NCBI GenBank assembly: GCA_015063485.1
Contig: SVUA01000007.1
Coordinates: 4,980 to 68,979, forward strand
Source of the DNA: Oscillospiraceae bacterium
GTDB lineage: Bacteria; Bacillota; Clostridia; Oscillospirales; CAG-272
Direction of reading: 5' to 3'
Length of the DNA: 64,000 nt
A program made the translations under genes and the position numbers. Shown piece after piece: positions 8,735-19,309 of this stretch. The notes beneath the pieces were generated by a model. The model saw only the letters and a program-made list of their open reading frames with translations. It did not search any database and had not been told where the DNA came from. Each line of letters opens with the position of its first letter. Position 1 is the stretch's first letter.

Positions 8735-9610
8735 ATGAAAAAGGCATATCTATACGCTGGAATCTCAATACTTTTTTGGTCGACTATTGCCACGGTCTCA
8801 AAGCTTCTCTTGAACACCTTGAATAGCTATCAGGTACTTATGTTCAGTGCTTTCTTTGCGGGTGTTGCTCTGCTTATAGTAAATATATTCACAGGTAAAA
8901 TAAAGCTCTTGAAAAATTATAAGCTTAAAGACTATGTCACAATACTTCTCATTTGCTCTCCGGGAACGTTCTTTTACTACGTTTTCTTATATTCGGGCAC
9001 GGCTAAAATGGAGGCATCGCAGGCGTTTATAATCAACTATCTATGGCCTATTATGAGCGTCGTTTTCGCATGTATCATATTAAAAGAAAAGCTTACCGCA
9101 CGTAAATGCGTTGCTTTTCTCCTATCCTTTATCGGAGTTCTTACCGTTGCAGGTAATGAATTGCTCAATTTTAATTCTCAAACGCTTATCGGTTTCGTTT
9201 TGTGTGTACTTGCCGCCGTTTCATACGGCGCGTTTACTGCCCTTAACAGAAAATGGGATTACGACTACCAGCTATCAATGATGCTATCCTTTTTCTGCTC
9301 GTTCCTCTTGACCGTTGTTATAAACGTAATAATGGGCAAGCCTCTGAACGTTGGAATACCGCAGATACTAGGATTCGCTTGGAGCGGATTTTTCGTTATG
9401 GCAACAGCTACTGTCACATGGGCTTTGGCACTTAAATACGGTGGAACGGCAAAGATATCCAATCTTGCTTACATAACTCCGTTTTTATCGCTCGTATGGA
9501 CTTTCCTTGTATTAAAAGAACCGATAAAGCCTTTATCCGTCATAGGACTTGTAATTATAATCACAGGGATCCTCATACAGTTAAAAGATCCAAAAAATCA
9601 AAAACAATAA
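8735..9610 (+). CDS. DMT/EamA-family transporter
   Basis: Ten TM segments in two repeats; INYLWP, LKEKL motifs. Confidence 0.9.
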   Translation: MKKAYLYAGISILFWSTIATVSKLLLNTLNSYQVLMFSAFFAGVALLIVNIFTGKIKLLKNYKLKDYVTILLICSPGTFFYYVFLYSGTAKMEASQAFIINYLWPIMSVVFACIILKEKLTARKCVAFLLSFIGVLTVAGNELLNFNSQTLIGFVLCVLAAVSYGAFTALNRKWDYDYQLSMMLSFFCSFLLTVVINVIMGKPLNVGIPQILGFAWSGFFVMATATVTWALALKYGGTAKISNLAYITPFLSLVWTFLVLKEPIKPLSVIGLVIIITGILIQLKDPKNQKQ

Positions 9611-9625
9611 TTTATTCTACAACGA

Positions 9626-9654
9626 TTGACTTTTATCGACAACGGTGATATAAT
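9626..9654 (+). promoter_or_regulatory. sigmaA promoter of uraA-upp
   Basis: TTGACT-17-TATAAT with TG extension. Confidence 0.65.
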
Positions 9655-9706
9655 GAAAGGGTAAATTAAGAGCTTAAAATTACAGCTCTAAAAACAGGAG
9701 GAAAAA

Positions 9707-11080
9707 ATGGCTAAAAATCTCGTCTATGACATCCACGACAAACCCCGTTTCCCCAAACTGATCGTATTTGCCATTCAGCAATTACTTGCTATCATGGCAG
9801 CAACCATCGCCGTTCCCGCTATTGTCGGAAACGGAATGTCCGCTTCCGCAGCTCTCTTCGGAGCAGGCGTCGGAACTCTCGTTTATCAGCTCTTTACCAA
9901 ATTCCGCAGTCCCGTATTTCTTGGTTCGTCCTTCGCTTTTATCGGTTCTATGACAGCCGCGTTCGCTGGCGCTGTATCAATGAGTCTCGGTTATCTCGGA
10001 CTTTTACTCGGAGCGATCTTTGCAGGTCTCGTTTACGTTGTTATCGCGCTTGTTGTTAAGTTCGTCGGCGTAGCTTGGATAAACAAGCTCATGCCCGCGG
10101 CAGTTATCGGCCCTACGGTCGCGCTTATCGGTCTTTCCCTTGCAGGTGCGGCTATAAATGACGTATTCTCATACGGACCTCAGAACTCAAACGGTGCGTT
10201 TATTATGACAGGTAACATCTGGGTATCATTCATTTGCGCTATCGTTACCTTTGTAGTAGTTACACTTTGCTCGACCTACGGAAAGAAAATGACAAAGCTT
10301 ATTCCCTTTATCATCGGCATTCTCGCAGGATATGCAGTCTCTCTTGTATTCACGGTAATAGGATACGCAGCCGGTATTGACGCGCTTAAGGTCGTTGACT
10401 TTGCTCACTTTGAAGCTCTCGTTAGCGACGGTGTTTCGCTCAAGACCTTTATAGCGCTTCCCGAATTTTCGTTTGTTGAAGCATTTAAGGGCGTTAAGGA
10501 CTTTGAATGGAGCTACGTTGCTACCGTTGCAGTTGCTTATATTCCCGTTGCTTTCGTTGTATTTGCCGAACATATAGCAGACCACAAAAACCTTTCAAGC
10601 ATTATTGAAAAGGATCTTCTTGAAGACCCCGGTCTTCACAATACACTTCTCGGTGACGGCGTTGGTTCTATCGCGGGCGCGTTCTTCGGCGGTTGCCCCA
10701 ACACCACCTACGGTGAGTCAGTCGGTTGCGTAGCTATCACTCGTAACGCGTCTGTTGCTACCATAACCACCACTGCTATCATGGCTATACTTATCTCTTT
10801 CATTTCTCCCTTCGTTGCTTTCCTCGATTCCATCCCAGGCTGCGTAATGGGCGGCGTTTGCATAACCCTCTACGGATTTATCGCAGTCTCGGGTCTTAAG
10901 ATGATACAGAAGGTAGACCTCGAGGATCACGCAAATCTCTTCACGGTATCCGTAATACTTATCTCGGGTATCGGCGGCATGGCTATAGCTATCGGCAAGG
11001 TAACCATTACCGCCATTGCTTGCGCTTTGATACTCGGCATCATAGTTAACATAATTCTCCACAGAACAAAGAAGTCTTAA
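9707..11080 (+). CDS. uraA: Uracil permease (NCS2 family)
   Basis: FLGSSFAFI, EHIADH, PNTTYGES motifs; adjacent to upp. Confidence 0.85.
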   Translation: MAKNLVYDIHDKPRFPKLIVFAIQQLLAIMAATIAVPAIVGNGMSASAALFGAGVGTLVYQLFTKFRSPVFLGSSFAFIGSMTAAFAGAVSMSLGYLGLLLGAIFAGLVYVVIALVVKFVGVAWINKLMPAAVIGPTVALIGLSLAGAAINDVFSYGPQNSNGAFIMTGNIWVSFICAIVTFVVVTLCSTYGKKMTKLIPFIIGILAGYAVSLVFTVIGYAAGIDALKVVDFAHFEALVSDGVSLKTFIALPEFSFVEAFKGVKDFEWSYVATVAVAYIPVAFVVFAEHIADHKNLSSIIEKDLLEDPGLHNTLLGDGVGSIAGAFFGGCPNTTYGESVGCVAITRNASVATITTTAIMAILISFISPFVAFLDSIPGCVMGGVCITLYGFIAVSGLKMIQKVDLEDHANLFTVSVILISGIGGMAIAIGKVTITAIACALILGIIVNIILHRTKKS

Positions 11081-11115
11081 AACAAATCCAAAATCGATAA
11101 GGAGATCGATAATCA

Positions 11116-11757
11116 ATGAAAAATTATGAAAACGTTGTAATCTTTGACCACCCGCTGATACGACACAAGATCGCAATTCTTCGCGACGAACGCACGAGCA
11201 TGAAGGAGTTTCGCGAGCTTGTTGAAGAGATAACCACTCTTATGACCTACGAAAGTCTTAAAAGCGGCGTTCCCACGACGGATATAGAGGTAAAAACTCC
11301 TCTTGAGACCTGTACTCAAACCGTAGTAAAGGACAACTCTATCGTTATCGTGCCCATTCTCCGCGCGGGACTCGGAATGGTCAACGGCATACACGTACTC
11401 TTCCCCTCCGCAAGAGTCGGACATATCGGAATGTATAGAGACGAGGAGACCTTACAGCCTCAATCCTACTACTGCAAATTGCCCGCGGGTATCGAGGACA
11501 AGCTCGTAATGGTCGTCGACCCCATGCTCGCTACGGGCGGAAGCGCGTGTGATGCGATACAGCTTTTGAAGGACAGAGGCTGTAAGCACATAAAATTCAT
11601 GGCGATAATCGGTGCTCCCGAGGGAGTAACAAGAGTTGCCGAGGCGCATCCTGACGTAGATATATACGTTTCCACACTTGACAGATGCTTGAATGAAAAC
11701 GGATATATCCTCCCGGGTCTTGGCGACGCGGGCGACAGACTTTTCGGAACGAAATAA
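11116..11757 (+). CDS. upp: Uracil phosphoribosyltransferase
   Basis: PILRAGLGM, DPMLATGGS, YILPGLGDAGDRLFGTK. Confidence 0.97.
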   Translation: MKNYENVVIFDHPLIRHKIAILRDERTSMKEFRELVEEITTLMTYESLKSGVPTTDIEVKTPLETCTQTVVKDNSIVIVPILRAGLGMVNGIHVLFPSARVGHIGMYRDEETLQPQSYYCKLPAGIEDKLVMVVDPMLATGGSACDAIQLLKDRGCKHIKFMAIIGAPEGVTRVAEAHPDVDIYVSTLDRCLNENGYILPGLGDAGDRLFGTK

Positions 11758-11765
11758 AAAGATGC

Positions 11766-11803
11766 AAAAAATATGCTACGCGATATCGCGTAGCATATTT
11801 TTT
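11766..11803. terminator. Bidirectional terminator
   Basis: Perfect 38-bp palindrome AAAAAATATGCTACGCGAT/ATCGCGTAGCATATTTTTT between convergent genes. Confidence 0.8.
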
Positions 11804-11818
11804 ATTAAAAATTTTTAC

Positions 11819-14800
11819 TCAACGGTCTCTTATTGCGTCGATAGGCTTACGTCTTGCTATGTTGTAAACGGGCAAGAAGCTTGACAGCAACGCAACGAAT
11901 ACACTTACCGCAAGCATTATCAATGCTTGACGCAGTCCAAGTGTAAGAAGCGTTATATTTATGCCGTAGCCGTGCATCAGCTCATTTACGAAAATTACGG
12001 CTGCGATAAGTGCTATAAAGGATAGCACGAAATTGATAAGCGCGATAATAAGAGCTTCGCTGAAGAATATCTTAAATACGTCGGAGGAACGCGCGCCGAC
12101 TGCTCGGAGCACTCCGATCTCACGCTTTTTGTAGGATATAGAGGTCGCGATAAAGTTCATAAGCAACAGAGCCGAGAACACGGCAAATCCGATACCAACG
12201 TAAAGGAATACCTGTGCTCCTACCTCAATAAAGTCGTTAAAGCCTTCAAGAGTACTCATAACAGCATTCTTCATAACGAATTGATAATCGCTTTCGGTAT
12301 CAAACGACATCTGCGCGAGCTTCATGATAACGTCAGTATCATTCGTCATCGGGGCGACGGCAAACGACCAGATCCCGCTTACGTGATCCGCTTGAACCTC
12401 TTCATAGGAAACATAATAATCATATTTCGCTGTTTCTTCCTTATACCACGTCTTGTAGTCGGCAAGAACCGCATCGCTTATAATAATGCCCCCCTGATTT
12501 GATTCGTAATAACCTACTATCTTAAAGTCGTAATTCTTTATCACGGTTGTCGTTCCAAGCTCGTGATTATTTGTATAGGAGCTGAACTTCAGTTCCGAAA
12601 GCTTTTCTATAAGCGAATCCATAGAGAGAGCTTCAAATTTATCGGTCGCCTTTTTGTTTATTTCAATACCAGACTCAAAGCCGAACGCATTTTTTCTTAA
12701 TCCAAGCTCTTCAATGCAAAGATATTGATCGGCATAGAAATTTCTCAGTATATCTTTTTTCCACTCGTTATTTCCTGTATTCTCCGTATCATTCCACTGA
12801 TTTTCATCAACGTATCCATTCTTAAGCATAAGCTTAACAAGGCTATCGTTCTGCCAGAGTCCGCCCGTAATAACAGCATCATATGCGGACAGATATCTGT
12901 ATATCTCTTCGTATCGATAAGAAGAAACACTAATGATATTGTTTTCCTCGCTCAACTCTCTTAAATATTGCTCAAAGTGATGTGTATCAATGTTTGAAAC
13001 ATCCTCTTCAATACCCATAGCTTTTGCTATTATTGAGGCGAAATCCTTATGCAATTCATGATGGTCAACATTTTTAGCCGCGATAGCTTCAAATATTCTA
13101 TCATAGTAAGAAAGTTCTTTATTCGTACTGTTCCAAATGCTCTCTCCGTAAAGCTCGATAGCTTTATCCTCTATTAAGGAAGTGTCTACCTCAATTTCGA
13201 AGTCTCCTCTTCCGATGCTATCGAATATCTGTGCGGGAACGACTATCTCATTCGCACCAAGCTTTTCGCGAGCAACACCGTCTATCCACTTTACATTCAG
13301 TCTCGAAAGTGCCGAGCTTCCCGCTGCCATACTGTACTGCATCATGTGGTCCATGCTTTCATAGTACTTATCCATCTTTTCAGAGGACTCGGAATCGGGA
13401 GACGTTATACCTATATAATAGCTTCCCATAGGTCCGTACATATGAGTTGCAATATCATCAAGAGAGCTATACGCCATAGACGAAAGCGATACAATATCCT
13501 CTACGCGAGTGATACCGAGCGCGTGGAAGCCGTAATTCAGCTCGCTTTCAAGCTCTACTTGAAGAACCATATCCGCAAGGTCGCTTCCGCTATTATTACC
13601 GTTTTCTCTTTGATCGGGCATAAATCTTGCGTAACGGTCGTAGTCAAATTGAGTGTCAACTACGCCTACGATAACGAAGGAATATCCTTCCGAATCCTTG
13701 AAATTAAAGTTACCGTCAGAAATAGTAATATGCTTTCCGATTATCGAATTTGCGTCTCCCTCGGTCATTGTGAGTGAGTTCGCCGCAACGCTCTCGTCGT
13801 AATTTTTGTTTTTAAAGCCGTACTGGTTAAACTGACGGTACATGAATTCGGTAATAGCTATCTCTCCCGCTTTGTTCGGAAGTCTTCCCGTTACGTTAAG
13901 ACCGGCTGACGAGATAGATTCCTCGCTCATGTTAACAAAGCCCGTAAGCTTTGCCGTATACATAGTGTTGTTATCATAGCTTTGCATAAGCGGAGCTACC
14001 GAGAAGCCCTGCTTATAGTGTGCCGTACCGCCCGTATATACGGGAACGAAATCAAGTCCCGTTTCCTTGCGGAGATATTCGATATCCTCGTCGTTCATGG
14101 CGTGGATATTGTAGTAAGAATGGCTATCGCCGTCACTGTACGTCATGACGGTCTTGACGCCAAGCTCGACCGACGCATTTCTTATATTTGAATCGGCAAT
14201 AGATTCTGCCGCCGCCGTGACCTTATTATAAGCGGCAAGAGTGTCGGCAAAACCGAACATCGTAAACGCTATAAGTGAGAGCAAAATAGTCATAACAAGA
14301 CGGAACTTCTTATGCTTTAGACCGCTTGCGCCCATCTTCACTGCGTTCTTCATGGGAAGACGTGAATGGATAAATTTGGTTTTGCTCTTGTCGTAATCCT
14401 TGGTCTTGACATCCTTTTCGGGTTTAGTTCCCTCAAAAACAGATGTGTTTCCGTTCTCGCCTATTCCCGCGGCACTGCGAAGCTCATTGTTTACCTTTCC
14501 GTCACTCGAAAGAAGTATATCTCCGCTGTTATTGTTTGCGAGATATGCGTTTATCATGTCAAGGTCAGCGGCTGTCAAGCGGTATCCGCCCTTTATGCGA
14601 AGGATATTGTCCGTGACCTTTTCAAGTCCCTCGGAAAGATGCTCACTCTGACGCTCATGCTTCGTTACGTCGGATATTATCTGTCCGTCCGAAAGTTCGA
14701 TTATACGGTCTGCGTACTTCTCGGCAAAATCTCTGTCATGCGATACGATAAGCACGAGCTTTTCCTTTGAGAGTGCCTTTAGCGTATCGAATATCTGCTT

Positions 14801-15328
14801 ACCCGTATTGGAGTCAAGCGCACCCGTAGGTTCGTCCGCCATGATTATCTGCGGTTCTTTAACGAGAGCGCGTGCAATAGCAACTCTCTGCTTCTGACCG
14901 CCCGATAGCTCATTCGGCTTACGCTTGGCATACGAAAGAAGGTCTACCTTTGAGAGTATCTCGGTTATCTTTTCATCGGTAGCCTTTTTGCCTTGAAGCT
15001 CAAGCGCGAGGCCTATATTTGCGCCGACCGAAAAATCGTCGAGAATATTGTATTCCTGAAAGATAAATCCGATAAAGGTGTTTCTGTACGCGTCAAAATC
15101 CGAGCCTGCGAAATCCTTTGAGGATTTACCCATTATGATAAATTCACCGCTGTCGTATCCGTCAAGTCCGCCCATTACGTTAAGTAACGTAGACTTACCG
15201 CTTCCCGATTTACCGAGAATAAATACCATTCCCGATTCTGCGAAGGTTATGTTTATATTGTCGAGCGCCTTTACGGATTCGCCTTTTTTTGAATGATAGG
15301 TTTTTGATAGATTTCTTATTTCAAGCAT
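11819..15328 (-). CDS. Fused ABC ATPase/FtsX-like permease (MacB-like) with large extracytoplasmic domain
   Basis: GKSGSGKST, LSGGQKQR, ADEPTGALD; C-terminal KKREIGVLRAVGA FtsX domain. Confidence 0.9.
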   Translation of the reverse strand: MLEIRNLSKTYHSKKGESVKALDNINITFAESGMVFILGKSGSGKSTLLNVMGGLDGYDSGEFIIMGKSSKDFAGSDFDAYRNTFIGFIFQEYNILDDFSVGANIGLALELQGKKATDEKITEILSKVDLLSYAKRKPNELSGGQKQRVAIARALVKEPQIIMADEPTGALDSNTGKQIFDTLKALSKEKLVLIVSHDRDFAEKYADRIIELSDGQIISDVTKHERQSEHLSEGLEKVTDNILRIKGGYRLTAADLDMINAYLANNNSGDILLSSDGKVNNELRSAAGIGENGNTSVFEGTKPEKDVKTKDYDKSKTKFIHSRLPMKNAVKMGASGLKHKKFRLVMTILLSLIAFTMFGFADTLAAYNKVTAAAESIADSNIRNASVELGVKTVMTYSDGDSHSYYNIHAMNDEDIEYLRKETGLDFVPVYTGGTAHYKQGFSVAPLMQSYDNNTMYTAKLTGFVNMSEESISSAGLNVTGRLPNKAGEIAITEFMYRQFNQYGFKNKNYDESVAANSLTMTEGDANSIIGKHITISDGNFNFKDSEGYSFVIVGVVDTQFDYDRYARFMPDQRENGNNSGSDLADMVLQVELESELNYGFHALGITRVEDIVSLSSMAYSSLDDIATHMYGPMGSYYIGITSPDSESSEKMDKYYESMDHMMQYSMAAGSSALSRLNVKWIDGVAREKLGANEIVVPAQIFDSIGRGDFEIEVDTSLIEDKAIELYGESIWNSTNKELSYYDRIFEAIAAKNVDHHELHKDFASIIAKAMGIEEDVSNIDTHHFEQYLRELSEENNIISVSSYRYEEIYRYLSAYDAVITGGLWQNDSLVKLMLKNGYVDENQWNDTENTGNNEWKKDILRNFYADQYLCIEELGLRKNAFGFESGIEINKKATDKFEALSMDSLIEKLSELKFSSYTNNHELGTTTVIKNYDFKIVGYYESNQGGIIISDAVLADYKTWYKEETAKYDYYVSYEEVQADHVSGIWSFAVAPMTNDTDVIMKLAQMSFDTESDYQFVMKNAVMSTLEGFNDFIEVGAQVFLYVGIGFAVFSALLLMNFIATSISYKKREIGVLRAVGARSSDVFKIFFSEALIIALINFVLSFIALIAAVIFVNELMHGYGINITLLTLGLRQALIMLAVSVFVALLSSFLPVYNIARRKPIDAIRDR

Positions 15329-15445
15329 ATCAAGAGCCTCCTTTTTTAGATATGTATATTGATTATACAATAAAATTACGAATTTTGCAATAGTTTTTTT
15401 GTAAAGTATTTTGTTTCGTTTATACAGATCTGTATTCAGATAACC

Positions 15446-15934
15446 TTAATCTTTTGATTTTTGATAAGCAATTCTCTCCTCTCCGTTATCAAGATAGATC
15501 TTTCCGCAAAGCGAAAAGCCGTTCTTTGCGAGTGCCTTCTGCATGGGAATATTATTCTTATGCGTATCTATTTTCAGATTTGGAAAAGCGTTATAGCAGT
15601 AATCAAAGCAAAAAGCAGAAACACCTCTTCCCTGTTTTGCAACGGCTATGCGGTGTATAACGGCATATTCGTTACGGTTGAGCCACGCACCGTCGTATAT
15701 CTTTTCGTACGTGGGATCGTTTTCCTTGGCAAAATAAAACACGCCCGCAATTTCCTCTCCGTCCACACAAACGTATAGATATCCTCTTTCTATGTCGCTT
15801 TTTATAAGACTGTCCGATGGGTATCCGCCCTTCCATTGAGTCTCGTTTCCGTTCTCACTCATAAATTTACGTGCCGATGCGTATATATCGCGTATTTCAG
15901 AAAACTCTTTTATATCTGCTTTACGAATATTCAT
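15446..15934 (-). CDS. GNAT N-acetyltransferase
   Basis: YAVIHRIAV..QGRG, IDTHKNNIPMQ..L.KNGF. Confidence 0.85.
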   Translation of the reverse strand: MNIRKADIKEFSEIRDIYASARKFMSENGNETQWKGGYPSDSLIKSDIERGYLYVCVDGEEIAGVFYFAKENDPTYEKIYDGAWLNRNEYAVIHRIAVAKQGRGVSAFCFDYCYNAFPNLKIDTHKNNIPMQKALAKNGFSLCGKIYLDNGEERIAYQKSKD

Positions 15935-16092
15935 ACTATCCTCCTTTTGTTTTCGGTTATATAGATTTTACCTTATTTTTTCGCCCGTGTAAATACTTTT
16001 TGAAAATTTTCCGCTCACAAAAATGTGAAAAATATTGAAAGCAGGAAATTTTTATGTTATACTATTACAAGAAAATCTATTCGGAGGCTTTT

Positions 16093-17040
16093 ATGAAAAT
16101 AGTTATACTTGACGCTGCAACGCTTGGAGACGACCTCTCATTTGACGGACTTCGTGAACTTGGAGAGCTTACGGTGCATCAAACGACCGCGCAAGAGGAC
16201 GTGGCAGAACGTATATGTGATTGCGACGTCGTTATTTTAAATAAATTAAAACTGACGCTCGATATCCTTTCAAGCGCAAAAAATTTAAAGCTTATATGCG
16301 AAACTGCTACGGGATACGACAATATAGACCTATCCGCCGCAAGAAAGCTTGGAATCGCTGTCTGCAACGTTCCGGGATATTCAACCGCATCGGTCGTTCA
16401 AGTAACGCTTGCTATGGCGCTATCTCTTGCCACAAATCTGCCCGATTTTGAGAAAAACGTTTCGTCAGGTACGTACTCCGAGGGTAACTGCGCGAATACC
16501 CTCACGCCCGTTTTTCATGAGCTTGCGGGCAAAACGTGGGGTGTAGTCGGATACGGCAACATCGGAAAAGGCGTTGCCGATGTTGCTCGCGCGCTTGGCT
16601 GTAAGATACTCGTCTGCCGCAACCACCCCGACGGCTCGGACGAATGTGTAGATATAGATACACTTTGCAAAAATTCCGATATAATAAGTATTCACACGCC
16701 CTTGAGTGATGCGACCCGCGGACTTATAAACGCGGAGCGTATTGCCTCTATGAAGCAAGGCGTTATCATTATAAACGTGGCAAGAGGCGCGGTCACCGAC
16801 GAAAAGGCTATCGCAAACGCTATTCTTGACGGAAAGATCGGAGGCTTCGGTTGTGACGTTTACAGCGTAGAGCCTTTCAGAAAGGACCACCCGTTTTACG
16901 CTCTGCTAGGCAATCCCCGCGTTTGTCTCACGCCTCACATGGCTTGGGGATCGTATGAGTCACGCGTCCGCTGTCTTAACACAGTAACAGATAACATCAG
17001 AGCGTTTTACGCAGTTGAAAAGCAGAACCGCGTTGATTAA
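16093..17040 (+). CDS. D-2-hydroxyacid dehydrogenase (glycerate dehydrogenase-like)
   Basis: ATGYDNID, GYGNIG, INVARG, TPHMAW. Confidence 0.9.
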   Translation: MKIVILDAATLGDDLSFDGLRELGELTVHQTTAQEDVAERICDCDVVILNKLKLTLDILSSAKNLKLICETATGYDNIDLSAARKLGIAVCNVPGYSTASVVQVTLAMALSLATNLPDFEKNVSSGTYSEGNCANTLTPVFHELAGKTWGVVGYGNIGKGVADVARALGCKILVCRNHPDGSDECVDIDTLCKNSDIISIHTPLSDATRGLINAERIASMKQGVIIINVARGAVTDEKAIANAILDGKIGGFGCDVYSVEPFRKDHPFYALLGNPRVCLTPHMAWGSYESRVRCLNTVTDNIRAFYAVEKQNRVD

Positions 17041-17053
17041 TATGCAATACTAT

Positions 17054-17086
17054 AAAAGGACTGAATCAAAACGATTCAGTCCTTTT
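17054..17086. terminator. Bidirectional terminator
   Basis: AAAAGGACTGAATC-AAAAC-GATTCAGTCCTTTT. Confidence 0.75.
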
Positions 17087-17090
17087 GTTT

Positions 17091-17681
17091 TTATATTCCA
17101 AATATTCCTTTTACAAAAATATAAATACCTATTCCGATAAGTATAACACCGCCGAGTATCTGCGCTTTATTTGACAGATGCGTTCCGAACTTTTTGCCGA
17201 TGCAAACACCCGCCATACAGATAAAGAACGTAAGCACCGCGATTATAAGTGCGCAAACGAGCGCATGGAGAATGTCGTACTCGGATATCGTAAATCCGAC
17301 GGAAAGCGCGTCGATCGAAGTAGCAATTCCCTGAACTACCAAGCACCAAAAGCCTGTACATCTTGGCTTGAAGTCCTCTTCCTCGCCCTGCTTTATACCC
17401 TCAAGAAGCATTTTTCCACCGATAAACACAAGCAAAGCCAAAGCTATCCACGGAATAAATTTTTCAAACGCCGTAAATGTTTTTGCTATCGTATGTATGC
17501 AAAACCAGCCAACAAGAGGCATCAGAGCCTGAAAGAAAGCGAACATTCCCGCTATTCCGCATACCTTTGAGCCCTTCATTTTAGGCTCGCTGAGTCCATT
17601 AGCAAGTGACACCGAGAATGCGTCCATGGCAAGTCCTATACCAAGCATCGCAGACTGAACGAAAAACATCAGATCCCACAT
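17091..17681 (-). CDS. mntP: Manganese efflux pump MntP
   Basis: GLAMDAFSVS and ATSIDALSVG motifs. Confidence 0.9.
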   Translation of the reverse strand: MWDLMFFVQSAMLGIGLAMDAFSVSLANGLSEPKMKGSKVCGIAGMFAFFQALMPLVGWFCIHTIAKTFTAFEKFIPWIALALLVFIGGKMLLEGIKQGEEEDFKPRCTGFWCLVVQGIATSIDALSVGFTISEYDILHALVCALIIAVLTFFICMAGVCIGKKFGTHLSNKAQILGGVILIGIGIYIFVKGIFGI

Positions 17682-17811
17682 TTTTTATACCTCCTTGACA
17701 ATAAAATCAATTTTTTACAACTTTTATATTATATCACATATACTTTTATCTGTCAAGCTTTCCAAATATAAAAAGGAGTTAACTCATTATTTTATGAATT
17801 AACTCCGATTT

Positions 17812-18957
17812 TTAATTTTGTTTTATCTTTCTCAAAGCATCAACGAAGATATCTATCTCTCGTTCGGTATTAAAAACGCCAAAGCTTATCCGAGTCGCAC
17901 CGTCTTTATCCGTCCCAAGCATTTTATGCCCAAGAGGACAACAATGAAATCCGCCTCGAACGCATATTTCCTCCTCGTCAAGCCGTCGCGCGACGGTTTC
18001 GGAAGGCACACCGTCTACCGAAAATAAAAGGACTGAACCTTCATATTCGGGTGCATAGAGCTTTATACCATTCATATTGCAAAGTTTCTCCCTTGCATAT
18101 CTGAAAAGCTTCTTTTCATGCTCGGAGATCGAATCGATTCCTCTCTCAGATATCCATTTTATTCCCTCGCAAAGTCCTGCCAAGGCAGGCGCGGGAAGCG
18201 TTCCCGCCTCGTATCTTTCGGGAGAAAACTCAGGCATGTCACCTTCAAGAGAGTTCACTCCGTTTCCGCCCTCCATAAGAGTATCTATCGAAAAATCTTT
18301 ACCAAGCAAAACCGCTCCCGTTCCTTGCGGACCAAGTAATCCCTTATGCCCGGGAAGACATAGCGCATCTGTCTCCGCTCCGTCAAAATCAAGCGGAATA
18401 TGCCCCGCGCCTTGCGCTCCGTCAACTATAAATCTTATTCCGTGACGGTGGCAAAATGCTCCTATCTCTGCAACAGGAAGGGTATATGAGCAAATATTTG
18501 ATGCCCATGTTGCTATCACAGCTCTCGTTTTAGGCTTTATCATTCTCGCGATCCCCGCGCAGATACGCGTAGGACTTGCCCTTTCATCGCATATCATAGA
18601 CGGATAGATATCAAAGGTTATCTTTCCTTCCTTTGCAAGCTTATATATGGGACGGTATACGGCATTGTGCTCAATATCAGAAATAAGCACATGATCGCCC
18701 TGCTTTAACGTTCCCTTTATGACCGTATTCAGCGAGTGAGTCGTGTTCATCGTAAAAAACACTCGCGCGGGATCGAAAACCGAAAAAAGCTCGGCAACTC
18801 TCTCTCGGCACTCAAATATTTTTTCAGCCGCCGCGAGTGAAAGCGCATGAGAGCCTCTCCCCGCATTACCTCCATAACAGGTAAGACACCGCAATACTTC
18901 CCTATTTACCTCTCGCGGCTTTGGAAAGCTCGTTGCCGCATTATCAAAGTATATCAT
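17812..18957 (-). CDS. Cysteine desulfurase family protein (class V aminotransferase)
   Basis: IYFDNAATS, DGAQ, PGHKGLLGP, VRGGFHC. Confidence 0.9.
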   Translation of the reverse strand: MIYFDNAATSFPKPREVNREVLRCLTCYGGNAGRGSHALSLAAAEKIFECRERVAELFSVFDPARVFFTMNTTHSLNTVIKGTLKQGDHVLISDIEHNAVYRPIYKLAKEGKITFDIYPSMICDERASPTRICAGIARMIKPKTRAVIATWASNICSYTLPVAEIGAFCHRHGIRFIVDGAQGAGHIPLDFDGAETDALCLPGHKGLLGPQGTGAVLLGKDFSIDTLMEGGNGVNSLEGDMPEFSPERYEAGTLPAPALAGLCEGIKWISERGIDSISEHEKKLFRYAREKLCNMNGIKLYAPEYEGSVLLFSVDGVPSETVARRLDEEEICVRGGFHCCPLGHKMLGTDKDGATRISFGVFNTEREIDIFVDALRKIKQN

Positions 18958-19196
18958 TCTTCCGCCCGCCATTCTTTGACGATTATACGCGCAGCGAAAA
19001 GAGCCGAACGAACGTTACTTTCTTGTGCGCAAGCAAATCGCACTCCGTATATGCAGCCGCGCGTTGAGGAGGAGCTTTCGGATTTCGTTACACTGGACGG
19101 AATAGCAAGTGCGGCAAGTACTCTTTGAGCCTTTTGTGCCTGCGTTATAGAGCCGATAGCCGCAAAACACGCCCGTCCGCCTGTTTGCATTTTCAT
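18954..19196 (-). CDS. DUF3343-like small protein
   Basis: SITQAQKAQRVL...GC.YGV pattern; strong AAGGAGG RBS; overlaps desulfurase start. Confidence 0.7.
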   Translation of the reverse strand: MKMQTGGRACFAAIGSITQAQKAQRVLAALAIPSSVTKSESSSSTRGCIYGVRFACAQESNVRSALFAARIIVKEWRAEE

Positions 19197-19261
19197 ACTT
19201 CCACCTCCTTCATTATCATAATATGCAAAAACGAAGAAGCAGGAAATACTTTCTATAAAAC

Positions 19262-19298
19262 AAAAAATCCAACCGTAAAATTTACGGTTGGATTTTTT
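19262..19298 (-). terminator. Terminator of the alpha operon
   Basis: AAAAAATCCAACCGTAAA-A-TTTACGGTTGGATTTTTT after rplQ. Confidence 0.8.
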
Positions 19299-19309
19299 AT
19301 CAGAGAGGA

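Noticed and set aside
9655-9706. PyrR attenuator before uraA
   Set aside because: Leader is about 45 nt, with no PyrR-binding loop or terminator
17682-17756. yybP-ykoY Mn riboswitch before mntP
   Set aside because: The consensus promoter leaves only about 40 nt of AT-rich leader
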